57,910 nt of DNA from Asterionella formosa (lineage: Eukaryota). The DNA lies in NCBI GenBank assembly GCA_002256025.1, contig NKIB01013421.1, positions 1 through 57,910 of the forward strand, read 5' to 3'. The notes beneath the pieces were generated by a model, which saw only the letters and a program-made list of their open reading frames with translations, did not search any database and was not told the DNA's origin. Shown here piece after piece: positions 26,916 through 38,472 of this stretch. How positions within the stretch are numbered: position 1 is the first letter of the stretch; each line of letters opens with the position of its first letter. A program made the position numbers and the translations under genes.

Positions 26916-27611
26916 TTAGTCCTCTTTTTCTACTTCCACGTCAATAACTGTCTGTTTTCGTTTTAATGATTCCTGTCGTTCCTTCGACACTGGTTCTTGC
27001 CCTCCAAATTTCCTCCATCCCCCAAAAAGTGAGTCGAGGGATTCATCATCATTATTCCCTAGAACATCGTTTTGAGGCGAATAGTCAATGCCGTTCTTGT
27101 TGGCATTTGATTGCACGAATGCCCCGCAATTCAAACAAATGGTCGGCTGCAGTGGGTCCTTGAGCACTCTTACTGGAGCGTCACAGTTCGGACATGGTCC
27201 TTCAATGGTGTTGAAGGTTTGCCATGCTTGAAAGGCCACGAATAACAGAACCGGGGTGAGCAGGGTCAGGAGAAAGAAGGAATTGACAACACTAAAGAAT
27301 ATCCCACCCAGGGGAGACGCGAAGAAGGCAACGATCGCAACAACTGTAACTACGCCTCCCACCAATTCTGAAACATCGTCGCGCTTGCCACCACCACCAG
27401 AAGGAGGGAGAGGGAAGCCCATGTGGAGACTAGTTGTTGCCGCTGTGACTGGGATCAGTAGTTGTGGCCCAAGCTTCGGAGTTTGTCGTCCACTACTAGA
27501 TTTCGCAAGGAAAGTGCCATGGCTAAGGCGCCTTTGAGGAATCACAAAGGCAGAGACATCTGAACATGAAAGGATAGAGACAACTAATAACGCGATTGTC
27601 CGGCGTGTCAT
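26916..27611 (-). CDS. Plastid-targeted membrane protein with CPxC...CxxC Zn ribbon and C-terminal IDVE motif
   Basis: Signal peptide + VSAF, two hydrophobic segments, GPCPNC..TICLNCG, VIDVEVEKED; architecture recalls a conserved cyanobacterial/plastid hypothetical family (from memory). Confidence 0.75.
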   Translation of the reverse strand: MTRRTIALLVVSILSCSDVSAFVIPQRRLSHGTFLAKSSSGRQTPKLGPQLLIPVTAATTSLHMGFPLPPSGGGGKRDDVSELVGGVVTVVAIVAFFASPLGGIFFSVVNSFFLLTLLTPVLLFVAFQAWQTFNTIEGPCPNCDAPVRVLKDPLQPTICLNCGAFVQSNANKNGIDYSPQNDVLGNNDDESLDSLFGGWRKFGGQEPVSKERQESLKRKQTVIDVEVEKED

Positions 27612-28388
27612 GATCAAGGAATTAATTGTGATTGTCGATACAAATCAAATCTCATCAAGAATCATTATGTAGCTACTACTGGTACATATACTGATACAGG
27701 TCCATGAGGAAACTCTATCTTAAACTATATAGGTATTCACTTTTTATTCGACGGAGTACATGGTACCAGGTAACGAAATATTTACTATACCAGGTCCCTG
27801 GTAGACTAACTACCTGGTACTACAGACACACGAATATGTAAACAAGTTGTATACCGGTACCAGTATTTACGGGTACGGAAGACCTAGTCAACCGGTACAT
27901 GTATTCGAAGATATCATGTACCGGTATCATGGCTGCACGACCATGCATGACAAGCCAGGAAGCAACGGATTGGTGGATACCAATATCATCAGGTATCATT
28001 GCTTTGTACATAAAAAATGGGGCGATTTTAGAGGTACAAATGAATTTTTTTCTAGCTTAAAAACGAATCTTTTCAAAGATACTTTTCACAGATATATCAC
28101 AGTAATGGCAACACAGTTATAGCTATTTTTTGTGTCTCCTCAAAGCAACATGTGCTGATCATAGCTACTCAGCAAAATTATAGCAATATGCAAATCAATT
28201 CTACAACAACCTGTCTGACTATGACAAATCGACCAGAAGAACCTGACAGTTGAGTTGTCATTGACACTCTTGATTCAGAACAGGAAATGCAAGACCAACA
28301 GAGCTTTTTGTTTCTTTTGGCAGGTGCATAATCATTTTTGGAATCCAATGGAAAAAACTCAAAGTCAGTGCAATTATCAAGATGAGGA

Positions 28389-29340
28389 CTGGAATGGAAT
28401 GATCATGTCAGAATTCCTCCATTAGAACAGATTTCATCATGAATATTACATGTCTTTTTAAGCCTTCAATCTCCTAGCTAGCTACTGTAACTAGTACTTC
28501 AACCTTCCATCACAGTTGATGCTGTCAATCAAATCAAAGTTCTGGTATTAAAAAATTAACATTTTATTCAGTGTTTATCCTTGCTATTGGACTTTGCTGG
28601 CTTGCCGACGGAAAGCTCGTTGACTTTCAACATGATGGCTGTCTATGGAGTGTCTTATGCAATCTCCCAAATGTTCCTTGATGCTGCCTTCAAACTCTTA
28701 TCCAGCACTATCAATTAGATTCCCCACACCAACAAAGAGAAACAAACATTGATGAATCGATTTCTTGAAAAAATCGAGCAGCAACTATTTTGTGGTTGCA
28801 TTGGTGTTATAGATGGGTATTTACAGACAATAAGCACACCAGGGAAAAGGGATTGTGATGGCTTCCCTCAAGCATACTACTAGTAGCTACTAGTATTGTT
28901 GGTCTAGGCAGCAGTAGTATACTTTGTAGTGATGAAAAGTTCAAGCTGTTTGTAACAGTCATTGTTGTTTCCTGTACTAAGATGTCGTCATTGAACCAGG
29001 AAAATGTCCAGATCTGAGTGCATTTGAAAGAAGCTTTTTCAGATTATTTCCAACTTTATCCAGGAAAAGACAACATACTAGTAGTGATGCTGGCTGGTGT
29101 TTACATATTGACTGATCATGTACTCTGTCCCTTTCTTGGAAGTCAAAGAGAATTATCAACGAGGATTCTTAAAACTATTTCTTCCTTTCACAACTAAATA
29201 TTAGAATAGAGATGGCATCATTTGGGATTCTCACCAGTAAATGGAGGATTCTGCTGAGTAAATCCATGTTCTCCATTCGGAAGAAATCAGTTGGGATGCT
29301 TTGTTCTTGGGTCTGTTTACACATTTTTTGCGTTTGCATG
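28389..29340 (+). pseudogene. Degraded PIF/Harbinger (DDE_Tnp_4) transposase
   Basis: Frameshifted fragments in the expected order: LEWNDHV, FHHEYYMS, LAIGLCWLA, FCGCIGVIDG (~28788), SDAG, LSQLNIRIEMA/FGILTSKWRIL. Confidence 0.75.
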
Positions 29341-29643
29341 AACAATGCCAAAAAGGAAGAAACTTGCTAAAGTAGTACCCCTCCCCTGTTCACCGCCCCT
29401 GCTGCTTTTGTGTACTGTATCCCTATTTATTATGTATGTACAAGCACTTTTGTGGTCAAATTTTATACTACTAATTTACTACCGGTATATGAGAGTAGAC
29501 TACCGGTACTGGTACCGCTACCTGGTACCAGGACCACAGGTATTCCACTTTAATTCCTGAAACGCTTTAGTTTTATTCTTATAAAAACTTGTTGTTTTTC
29601 AAAAATTCCCCAACACCACATCACCTCCTTCACCTTCACCACC

Positions 29644-32223
29644 ATGGCAGTCTCCACGACGAAACTACTCATTGTAGCCCTTTTGGGTATTATTGCCATG
29701 TTTTTGGGTACGTTTGTATTGACTGTTCAGGTTTTGTCTCTTCATAAAAAGCAGCGACAGTCGAAACAACAAGAACTCAACAACGACCAACAAGAGCCTG
29801 GTGTCGCTTCTTTGTCGCAACGTGTCGATGTCGATACAGCAACAGCAGTAACATCGACGTCAGCGACAGCAACATCGACAGCAAAACATCCAATCGCTAG
29901 CACTACCATTGCCCCTTCATTGCCTACAGATCCAGCCAATCTTTACTTATGGAAGGGACAAAAACATCAACATAATTATACCTCCCAAAGACGAGTCGAT
30001 AGTGTAGAATATTACTGGAACTTGGTCAAGGATCATTTAATCGAATGGGATGCCACGTTATTGCCATTGAAACTATCATCAGCAGCAGCAAAGAGAAGGA
30101 ATCGTCGTCGCGCTGCTACTACTACTGCAGACATTTCATCTGCTCTAACAAAAGCTGCAACCATGGGACATGCTCCTGCACAACATTATTATGCTGTAGC
30201 GGTGGCATCCGGCATTTGGCCCAACAGCGACAACACCAGCATCGTCAAGGATGACTTTTGGACAACTGACTCGGATATGCATACAGCATACTTGTATTGG
30301 CATATGGCAGCCATGGATGGGAATATTGAAGCTGCTCAAGCACTTGGATATCGTTTGGAACATGACTCATCCTGTGAGGCAGCCATACCCTACAAGGCTG
30401 CCGCAGCTCATGGGATTATAGATCAACTTGAAAGTCATGTACATTCACGTGCCAAAATTATGCCACCCATGGACAGACACATGTTACCAGAGATATATAC
30501 ACATGGTGGGACATCGTCACAATTAGCATTGGACAACAAACCAAATGAATTGCCAGAAGCGATTGAATATTATCATATTCGAGCAACGGCAACAGCGCCA
30601 GATAGAACGGCGGCAAGTACGTTGGGTAAGATGTATCATTATGGAATGCGCGGAGTTGAAATGAATAGTACCAAGGCGTTGTTTTATTATGACATTGCAG
30701 CAAATGCAGGAGATTGGGAATCGGCAGGACAAGCAGGCAAATTTCATGTATGGAGTCTGGGGATGCAACCAACGGAACGGAATTTACTAAAAGCGAAAGA
30801 ATACTTTCAAATTGGAGCTCCTTTTGGATTGGAGGGCTGTAGAAAACAATTTCGGGATTTTCTTACAAAGACAGCGAAGAGTAGGAACATGAAGAACCCA
30901 GGGATCACCGTGTGTGATCACCCAAGTATCAATGGCATGGGATTACTGTACCTTTTTGGAATACCAATGACTTTTGATGTTGACGTCGAAAAGGCAAAAG
31001 AATATTTCATTTTGGCAAGAGACATGGGAAACATGGATGCATCCTATAATTTGGCCATGTTGAGGTTAGGATGGAAACAAGCATGGAAAGATGATGAATC
31101 TTCTACTACGAGTAGTAATGGATTCACGGATGCTTCGGAGCTATCAAATGTACCGGACTTTATGAAGGCACCTTCGCTAACTGAGTCAGATTATAGAGTT
31201 GCAAAGCAAGAATTGATTAACGCTGCAAGTAAAGGACACTTGCAAGCGAGTCATCGATTGGCAATGATGTTTCATCATGGCGTCAAACTGCCAGGACAAC
31301 AGAAACCAACGATTATGCCAGATTGCGCCGAGGCCATGAAGCACTATCAATGGATTTTGGACATTGCATCCATTCCATGGAGTCAACGAACGCGGTTAGC
31401 CTACACCCAATACATGCAAGGAAACTTGGAAGGTTCCTTGCGCAACTATTTGATGGCCGCAGAGACGGGACATTCCTTGTCTCAAGTCAATGCCGCATTT
31501 TTGTTCGAGCGAGGCACTTGCTTAGGTCTGTCACCTGACAATTGTCGCAAGGCTTCACTTCGATTGTGGAAGGCTGCCGTCCAAAGTGGCAATGCAGAAG
31601 CGGCCATTCGTGTTGGAGACTTTTATTATTATGGTAGTTCGGAAACACTTCCCTTTCGGTGGTTGCAGCCCTTGTTGTTTCCAGAAAAGTTGCTTTTGCC
31701 ATTTTTATTTGAAACCTTTGATGTGCTCCATCAGTGGATTCGCGTCCAGGTGTTCGGCCATGCTGTCAAGGTCATGGAATGTCCTATTGAGGAGAATGGC
31801 CAATGCCTCCTCCCCATGGACCGGGCAGATTTTACAAAAGCCGCAGAATACTACCGTATGGCGAGCGAAAAACACAAAATTCCGCGGGCACATTTCAATA
31901 TGGGTTTTATGTTTGAGTGGGGCTTGGGAGTTCAACAAGACTTTTATCTAGCCAAGCGGTACTATGATTTGGCTCAATTGTCAACCAATAACCATGGTGA
32001 AGCTGATTTTGTTGTCTCCTTGGCACTATTTAGTATGAGGCTTCATAAAATGTATGATGAGGCGAAGCTTTGGTGGGGAGGAAAGGTTGGCATGCCCATC
32101 GATGAGGTGATACCCCCAATAGAACAAACCCAGATCAATGGCAACACAAAGCATGTGATTTCACTGTTGATTGTTATCCTGACTTTATGGCTTTTTCAAA
32201 TTCGTGCAAGAACTGTAAGGTGA
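29644..32223 (+). CDS. SEL1L/Hrd3-like ERAD component (Sel1 repeats)
   Basis: N-terminal hydrophobic segment, multiple Sel1 repeats (LGKMYHYGMRGV, GDFYYYG, AHFNMGFMFEWGLGVQQDFYLAKRYYDLA), C-terminal TM. Confidence 0.88.
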   Translation: MAVSTTKLLIVALLGIIAMFLGTFVLTVQVLSLHKKQRQSKQQELNNDQQEPGVASLSQRVDVDTATAVTSTSATATSTAKHPIASTTIAPSLPTDPANLYLWKGQKHQHNYTSQRRVDSVEYYWNLVKDHLIEWDATLLPLKLSSAAAKRRNRRRAATTTADISSALTKAATMGHAPAQHYYAVAVASGIWPNSDNTSIVKDDFWTTDSDMHTAYLYWHMAAMDGNIEAAQALGYRLEHDSSCEAAIPYKAAAAHGIIDQLESHVHSRAKIMPPMDRHMLPEIYTHGGTSSQLALDNKPNELPEAIEYYHIRATATAPDRTAASTLGKMYHYGMRGVEMNSTKALFYYDIAANAGDWESAGQAGKFHVWSLGMQPTERNLLKAKEYFQIGAPFGLEGCRKQFRDFLTKTAKSRNMKNPGITVCDHPSINGMGLLYLFGIPMTFDVDVEKAKEYFILARDMGNMDASYNLAMLRLGWKQAWKDDESSTTSSNGFTDASELSNVPDFMKAPSLTESDYRVAKQELINAASKGHLQASHRLAMMFHHGVKLPGQQKPTIMPDCAEAMKHYQWILDIASIPWSQRTRLAYTQYMQGNLEGSLRNYLMAAETGHSLSQVNAAFLFERGTCLGLSPDNCRKASLRLWKAAVQSGNAEAAIRVGDFYYYGSSETLPFRWLQPLLFPEKLLLPFLFETFDVLHQWIRVQVFGHAVKVMECPIEENGQCLLPMDRADFTKAAEYYRMASEKHKIPRAHFNMGFMFEWGLGVQQDFYLAKRYYDLAQLSTNNHGEADFVVSLALFSMRLHKMYDEAKLWWGGKVGMPIDEVIPPIEQTQINGNTKHVISLLIVILTLWLFQIRARTVR

Positions 32224-32338
32224 CAAATGTAGTTAAAAGTTGAACGCATTAATCGCTAATTATGATGCCCCCTACAATGCATTCAATCATTCATTGATAC
32301 ACCAACGAGTTTACAATTTAATAAAAAGAATCATAATA

Positions 32339-34182
32339 TTATGACCTTTTCGCTTCAAGTTCTGACCTTGCCCACTGATATGATTTCTCTTTACGCACAA
32401 TCGTTTCCACAATAGCCGAAAAGGCAACTTCTTCGTAAGACTTTTGCCCGTCGCGGTCAAAGCTAGGACTGCCTGTTAGAGCTGGTTGTGCGATAAAAAT
32501 CTCTCCCAAAAGCTGCAAGGCAAGTCCCCGTTTCTTTCGAATGGACGCAAGGACCGATTGGTCATGCAGAACAATTTGTGCAGCTTCATGAATAGTATTG
32601 GTAATGTCCACAACCGTAGTCTTCCACATGTAATGTAAAAAATGGTCCCCTACCTTTGCTCGTAGTGAATCTTCCATGGCGTTACGTTCTTGGTCCGTCA
32701 TCGTTTCATCGTACATAATGTCAGATTTCTTGACAGCTGACTCTAAAACCATTTTATCGAAATCTCCGGCCAATGCAGCTGCTTTGCCTGCCTCAGTATG
32801 CATGACATGTTTCATTGTTTCCAGTTGCTTTTTGGCCCAGTTGGCGACGGAAGGCAGACCGATTCCAGATTCCATGGATCCCAAGAACTGAATGGCCGAG
32901 ACAGAATAAACCTTAAATGAAAATTTGGTATTGGATGGTGAGCCAAACAAAATCCCGCAAATAATGTATTCTTTGCCGTTTGACCAAACAAACACACACC
33001 TTTCCCACAACTTGTAACAATTCATATCCATAGCTCGCTTTGACTAAATAGTCAGCTTCTGCCATCCAATTGGCCCTGGCAATCTTCTCATCCCCTTCAT
33101 ATTTGGTAAGGACTTTTAATCTTTCGGCCAATTGTATGGCCATTCTCGTGACACGTCTCTTTTGCAATGTTCTCGCTTCCACGAGTGAGATTTTTGGAGA
33201 ATCTCCCACGGAAGCCGAAGTGGCTGCCGCCAATCTTCCAAAGTAGGGTTCGAACTTCTCGCTTCCATACAATACACGGTACAACACTATGGGGTCGACC
33301 AAGGGTGGATTCATTTCTTCAATATTCATAAAATTCCTACCGTACTTGTCATATTTGTCCCGCATCTCGTCGTTGGTTAGAATGACATAGGCGTAACCAA
33401 TGTTTCGAAGCTTCTCCGCGTTTTCCTGAGAATCCCCCGCTCGGTCTGGGCTATATTTCCTGGCGAGGATGTAGTATTGTCGCTTAATGACACTAGCGTT
33501 GACAGATGGATCGACATTGAGAACATCATAAAAGAATGGATCCTTGACACCGCCCTGTTCAAAGGTTTCTGGATCAAGGGCATCGAAGACTAAAATATCA
33601 CTGTCATCAGTGGGGCAAGTCAGCAACCAGCGGCGATCTTCCTCTAAATCTGAATAAATCCATCGTCCTTCTGCATCATTCCACCACTTGCCGAGCCGGG
33701 GTTCCGTGAGAGCAGACGGTGTGGCAGCCAACCCCCGGACCATTTGTCCGGCGCCAGAGACCAACCCTATGTGCGCATAAGTAAGTAAGTGAGTAAGAGT
33801 GCATGTTTTACACATTAACGAACCACGTTTCCTTGTAGAGCACACGTGGTCTGAATGGAACGCAGTCACACCATCAGTCTACACACACACACACACACAC
33901 ACACTCACCTCCACCCGCCACATTGGCTGCTTGCACCAACCCAACCACAGCCCCTCCTACTCCTCCCGTGACCGCTCCCACAACCCCTCCTTTCTCGGCT
34001 CCCCCCTTGGCGGCGACAACGGGGGACAGTACCGCAATCCCACAAGCCCCGACGGCTCCTGCAAGAATGTATCCAATTCCCGAAGTGATGCCAGTTCCCA
34101 CATGCTTCGGTCGCGTTTGATCCAACAGAACATTGATCTCTTCGAGCGCGGCTTCCTGCTCGGACTTGACAGGTTGGGCCAT
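32339..34182 (-). CDS. DnaJ-domain plus X-domain protein with HPD replaced by SPD (introns 33908-33767, 32999-32912)
   Basis: Gly-rich N-terminus, FYDVLNV..IKRQYYILARKYSPDR, VDP..L.GSEKFEPYFGRL, QKRR, WKTTVVDI..T; both GT-AG introns keep the frame. Confidence 0.85.
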
Positions 34183-34858
34183 GATGACGACTTGGGCAGA
34201 GAGGGCACGATGAATCGTGAATCGTTGGTCGAAAGTGTAATGTGGAACAGTAACAGAACCAACTGCCGGTATATTTCCGGTACCAGGGGTACTGGTATCC
34301 CTGGCACCTGTTACCAGGTACCAGGGTAGAACACACAGAATCCTTACTACCGGTATGTTGTTGGTGTCACTTTCCTTATCAATAAACAATGCAAGAATAT
34401 AATATAGCTTTTATATCGATTTTTCATTGTAGTCTTGTGCCTCATGATGACATGGTTTTAACATTTACTAATGCACCACATATTTAATTGATACAAGTGA
34501 CTACCGGGTATATTCAGTCAGTACAAAATGACGTACATTACAATTACATGCAGTACCGGTATGCAGGTAGTTACGAGTTCGATAGTCTGATAGGAGTACC
34601 TGGTAGTCCACTGTACTACCTGGTACCAGGTAGCGGTATATGGTAGGCAGACATAGAAAGCATGGATTGATATTGTATGGAAAACCCGGAAAGAATCTTT
34701 TATGAAATGTGATCCATGATTCGTCCTTCCTTTCTTTTATACGAACCGACATTCGATCGTCATTCACTTTTTCCCATCATCATCATCATCATCCGCGTGC
34801 TGCATATAGGTCACTTCTTGTTCCATCATCACCATTGTTACCCTTGCTCATCGTCAAA

Positions 34859-35698
34859 ATGAACTTCATTCTATTCGCTACCCTTGTTGTTTCTGCTTCT
34901 GCCTTTGCTCCCCCATCATGGGGACACCACCGTCGCGGACACACTACTCAAGTTCAAGCCCTTGTTTCAGAAATTAACGTGGGATCCAAGAATGTTTACG
35001 TTTTCGATGGCGACTACTCGGATGCTGTCATTCGTACAGTTGTTGAGACTGCCAAGTCAGCCATTGAGGCCAAGGGATCATTCTCACTCGCCATTCCTGG
35101 TGGATCCATCGTCAATGCACTTTCTGGCATGTCCCCAGATGCCTTTGACATGTCCAAAGTTTACATTTTCTTCTGCAACGAGCGCATCGGGGCAAACAAG
35201 TGCTACAAGGGAGCGTTGGAGGCATTTGTTACCAAGTGCGGCATTCCTTTAGATCAAGTGTACAAGGTACCAGAAATGGAGCCAATTGAAGCCGCTGCTG
35301 CATATGGAGCCCTCATTTCAAACTGCCCAGCAGTGGACACTTCTGGTCCTATCCCTGCTGTGGACCTCATGTTGCTAGGAACTGGCGACGATGGTCACTG
35401 TGGATCTCTCTACCCTCAATCAGAGGAAATTAAAGCTACCGGACAAGGAAAGGTTGTCTTGCCAATCGATGAAGGTGATAAAAAGTCAATTGCTGTTTCC
35501 ATGGACTTTATGAATGCTGCCAAAAAGGTTTTGGTGTCGGCGGCGGAACCAAAGAGAGCAACCATGGTGAAACGCGCATTGACAGGGGACTTTGAGGAGT
35601 GGGGTTGTCCTTCTGGTCTTGTGGACTGTGATGGAGAGACTATATGGTTTGTTGATACTGACTCCTTCGCCGAGTATTCAGCAGCTGTTGCAGCCTAG
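34859..35698 (+). CDS. PGL: Plastid-targeted 6-phosphogluconolactonase
   Basis: Canonical ASAFAP presequence; FSLAIPGGS, FFCNER, DLMLLGTGDDGHCGSLYP, WFVD. Confidence 0.9.
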   Translation: MNFILFATLVVSASAFAPPSWGHHRRGHTTQVQALVSEINVGSKNVYVFDGDYSDAVIRTVVETAKSAIEAKGSFSLAIPGGSIVNALSGMSPDAFDMSKVYIFFCNERIGANKCYKGALEAFVTKCGIPLDQVYKVPEMEPIEAAAAYGALISNCPAVDTSGPIPAVDLMLLGTGDDGHCGSLYPQSEEIKATGQGKVVLPIDEGDKKSIAVSMDFMNAAKKVLVSAAEPKRATMVKRALTGDFEEWGCPSGLVDCDGETIWFVDTDSFAEYSAAVAA

Positions 35699-35967
35699 AT
35701 AGACATAGTTATTCCAACGTAACTAACTGCCTTACTTAGTCGAGAATGCTATCTCCAATAGTAGAAATATATTGAAGGTTTTTAATTTACTTCAATCACT
35801 ATAATAAAACTGAGTACACTAATGTTCTCAAGAACACCATACAACGTCCGACAAGGAGAACAGTAATGGTGGCAACAAGGAGCGACGGAACAGTGGTGCT
35901 TTCTGATGGCACCAGAAAACCTGAGTTTAGCTGAAATTATGAAATATGAGAAAAATCGAGAAATTTT

Positions 35968-37215
35968 TTAAGGCATGCCGCAAAAGTCTGTCCTTGAACT
36001 CGAAGACCCTTCACACCCTGGAACAGTACCAAATCCATCCTTCTGGTAGCATACCAATACTCCAGCACAATCGTCATCGGTATCGCAATCTCCGGCACAC
36101 ATACCACATGGTGTGGCGGGAGTGCAACCTTCTTTAACGACAAATAAGGCCCCATCCGACGGGATGGTTGCATTTGATGAAGGCTCAACAGGCACGACGG
36201 TGGCGTTGGAGGTTGGCATACCAGGGACGGCGCCGGTAGGACTGGAGGTAGGCACACCAGACACGACGACTGCACTGGAGGTAGGATCATAACAGTAGTT
36301 TTTACCTTCAGATCCTGGACCAAAACAACCTGGCACAGTTTCATTTGCACTACGTTTGAAACAAAGAAACTCCCCCATACAATCCGCATCATTGACGCAA
36401 TCACCTTGACATGTGTTGCAAGGACTGCTGCCGCTGCACTCAGCACCCGCAGGAAGAAGTTTCAAGCTAGTCAATTCAGACGCGGTGGCAAGATTGGAAT
36501 CATCCGTTCCACTGAATACTATCCAAAAGTTTGTTCTGTAAACTCTGGCCTTCTTACATGAGGTGGCGTAGGTTATTTCACGTGATTTTGGATGATGCTC
36601 CTTGTTGACGAGGCAATGGTTTCTCTTCCCAAATGGACTAAGTTCGAAGGGGGCATCATCCCTGAACCCAGTAAAGGCCTGCGACTTGTTGAAACTGGCG
36701 CAGTCGTTTAGTAATACCGTTTCCTTGGAGATTTGCTCCAAGCAGAGTTCTGCACCGACAGTCTTGATCTTCCCGGCGATAGTGCCATTGATCTCGTAAG
36801 GAATGAAAGTGAAACGCTGAACTTTCTTTGTGGAGTCACAAGCCTCAACCCACAGCTTTTGTCCACTTAGGCACTCGGTCCCAGCACAAGCCATGCACCA
36901 CTTCCTCTCGATCCACTCTGCTTGCCAGCATGTTCCCTCTTCCCAGAACATTTTCAATTGAAAGTTGTCGCTGAAAAGCTCTCGTTGGTTCTGCTTGGTA
37001 GCTCCTCGAAGGTTCCTAGTGACAGGTGATGATTCTGATGCAGTAAGCTGTTGAGTTTCGTAAACATCAGCGTATACTTCTTCATCCAAGATTTCATCAT
37101 CACCTCCTTCTTCTTGCGCACGTCGATCTAAGCTAAACTCTTTGCATCGGGGGTCTTCTTCCCAGGCAGCCGATGCGCCAATAAGCATAAGCGTCGTCAA
37201 CAATGATAATTTCAT
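35968..37215 (-). CDS. Secreted protein: ricin-B-like region plus two frustulin-type acidic Cys-rich (ACR) domains, copy A
   Basis: Signal peptide, RNL/REL sites, C(Q/A)GDC..D.DC.G.L.C....VPGC.G...YC/FC repeats, P/S/T linker. Confidence 0.82.
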   Translation of the reverse strand: MKLSLLTTLMLIGASAAWEEDPRCKEFSLDRRAQEEGGDDEILDEEVYADVYETQQLTASESSPVTRNLRGATKQNQRELFSDNFQLKMFWEEGTCWQAEWIERKWCMACAGTECLSGQKLWVEACDSTKKVQRFTFIPYEINGTIAGKIKTVGAELCLEQISKETVLLNDCASFNKSQAFTGFRDDAPFELSPFGKRNHCLVNKEHHPKSREITYATSCKKARVYRTNFWIVFSGTDDSNLATASELTSLKLLPAGAECSGSSPCNTCQGDCVNDADCMGEFLCFKRSANETVPGCFGPGSEGKNYCYDPTSSAVVVSGVPTSSPTGAVPGMPTSNATVVPVEPSSNATIPSDGALFVVKEGCTPATPCGMCAGDCDTDDDCAGVLVCYQKDGFGTVPGCEGSSSSRTDFCGMP

Positions 37216-38472
37216 TGTACTTCCTCCGAAGGTGGGTGACACAAACCAAAGATACAAATTTTGTGTGCCAAAGAAAATGTTGGCCCAAAGTATTTTACCG
37301 TTTGTGTTAAGAAAAAACGTGCTGCAACGACAACAAAGCAATTATTACCAGTGAAGGTGGTACGGTACGCTCTTTCTTAGTCCCGCATCATCATTAAATA
37401 AATCGACCGCCTGCATGTGCAATCTCTCGTTTTATTTGCACCAGGTCCCGGTTACTTTCATTGGTAGATACAATCGTATCGGTCATCGCGCCCTCGCCAA
37501 CATGATCTGGCCAGCGGATTACAGCCGAGGTCTTGGTGATCGAAATCGTCGTTTCAATACAATCGATATATGTGTTTACTATTTTGCACTGATGTTATCG
37601 CCAGATTCTATCTTAGTTGTTATCGGGTATAGCATCATACCGGTAAGTAACAACATGGAATCTTACCACAGTTGTTTATGCAAGGTAGATAATTACAACG
37701 TCACTACCGGTACATAGAAACAACTGCCGGTAGCGGTATGTTGAGCGAACCTCTTGCAAAATTGTACTATCATGCATAATCGTTCGTGCGCGCCGGAGCG
37801 TTTCTGGTGCCCTACAGGTACCTTCCAGGGAGTACCTGGTACCTGGTAACTGGTCCAGGTACTGGTACCGGGTATCTAACCTCTTGATGACGACATGAAA
37901 AATCAAATAAATCTAACAGGTTCATAACCGGTACGGAGTACCTGTACTATAACTAGGCAATACCAGTGTTCCACCATTCATGATGCATAGCACCTTGTGT
38001 GGAACGACATAGGGTACCTGGTCCAGTACCAGGTAGTGCCGGTAGTCCCAGGTCCCAGGTCTCAGGTGCAATACCTCTATGACATCATCGTGCAGTCCAG
38101 GCGACCGAAGGTTTGAAGCAAAAATCAACATGGATTCTTCATTGTTCACACGACTTGCCTGAGTGCAAAACAGTCGGCGAAAATAACAAGTTAATGCTAC
38201 TGGACCATAACTGGAATTGACAGCACATGGCAATGGTTACACAACTAGTGATAAAGTATAGCTGCAGTGAAAAAGCTAATCTATGGAGTGACAAGGAAAT
38301 TTTGGCCAACTAGCCATGTTCTGCAAAGCAATTAAATCGAGATCTGATACCGGTATCTACTGAAGTAATTATCTGCTCGGATCAGTAGACTTTAATGGAT
38401 GACATCCTTTGTTGATAAAAGCAGATGCAATACACACAAAGGCGACCTTGTAAACCCCAGAACGGAAAGTAT

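Noticed and set aside
33881..33904. (CA)n tracts (also ~24510, ~26432, ~46600)
   Set aside because: Ordinary short microsatellites in introns and UTRs
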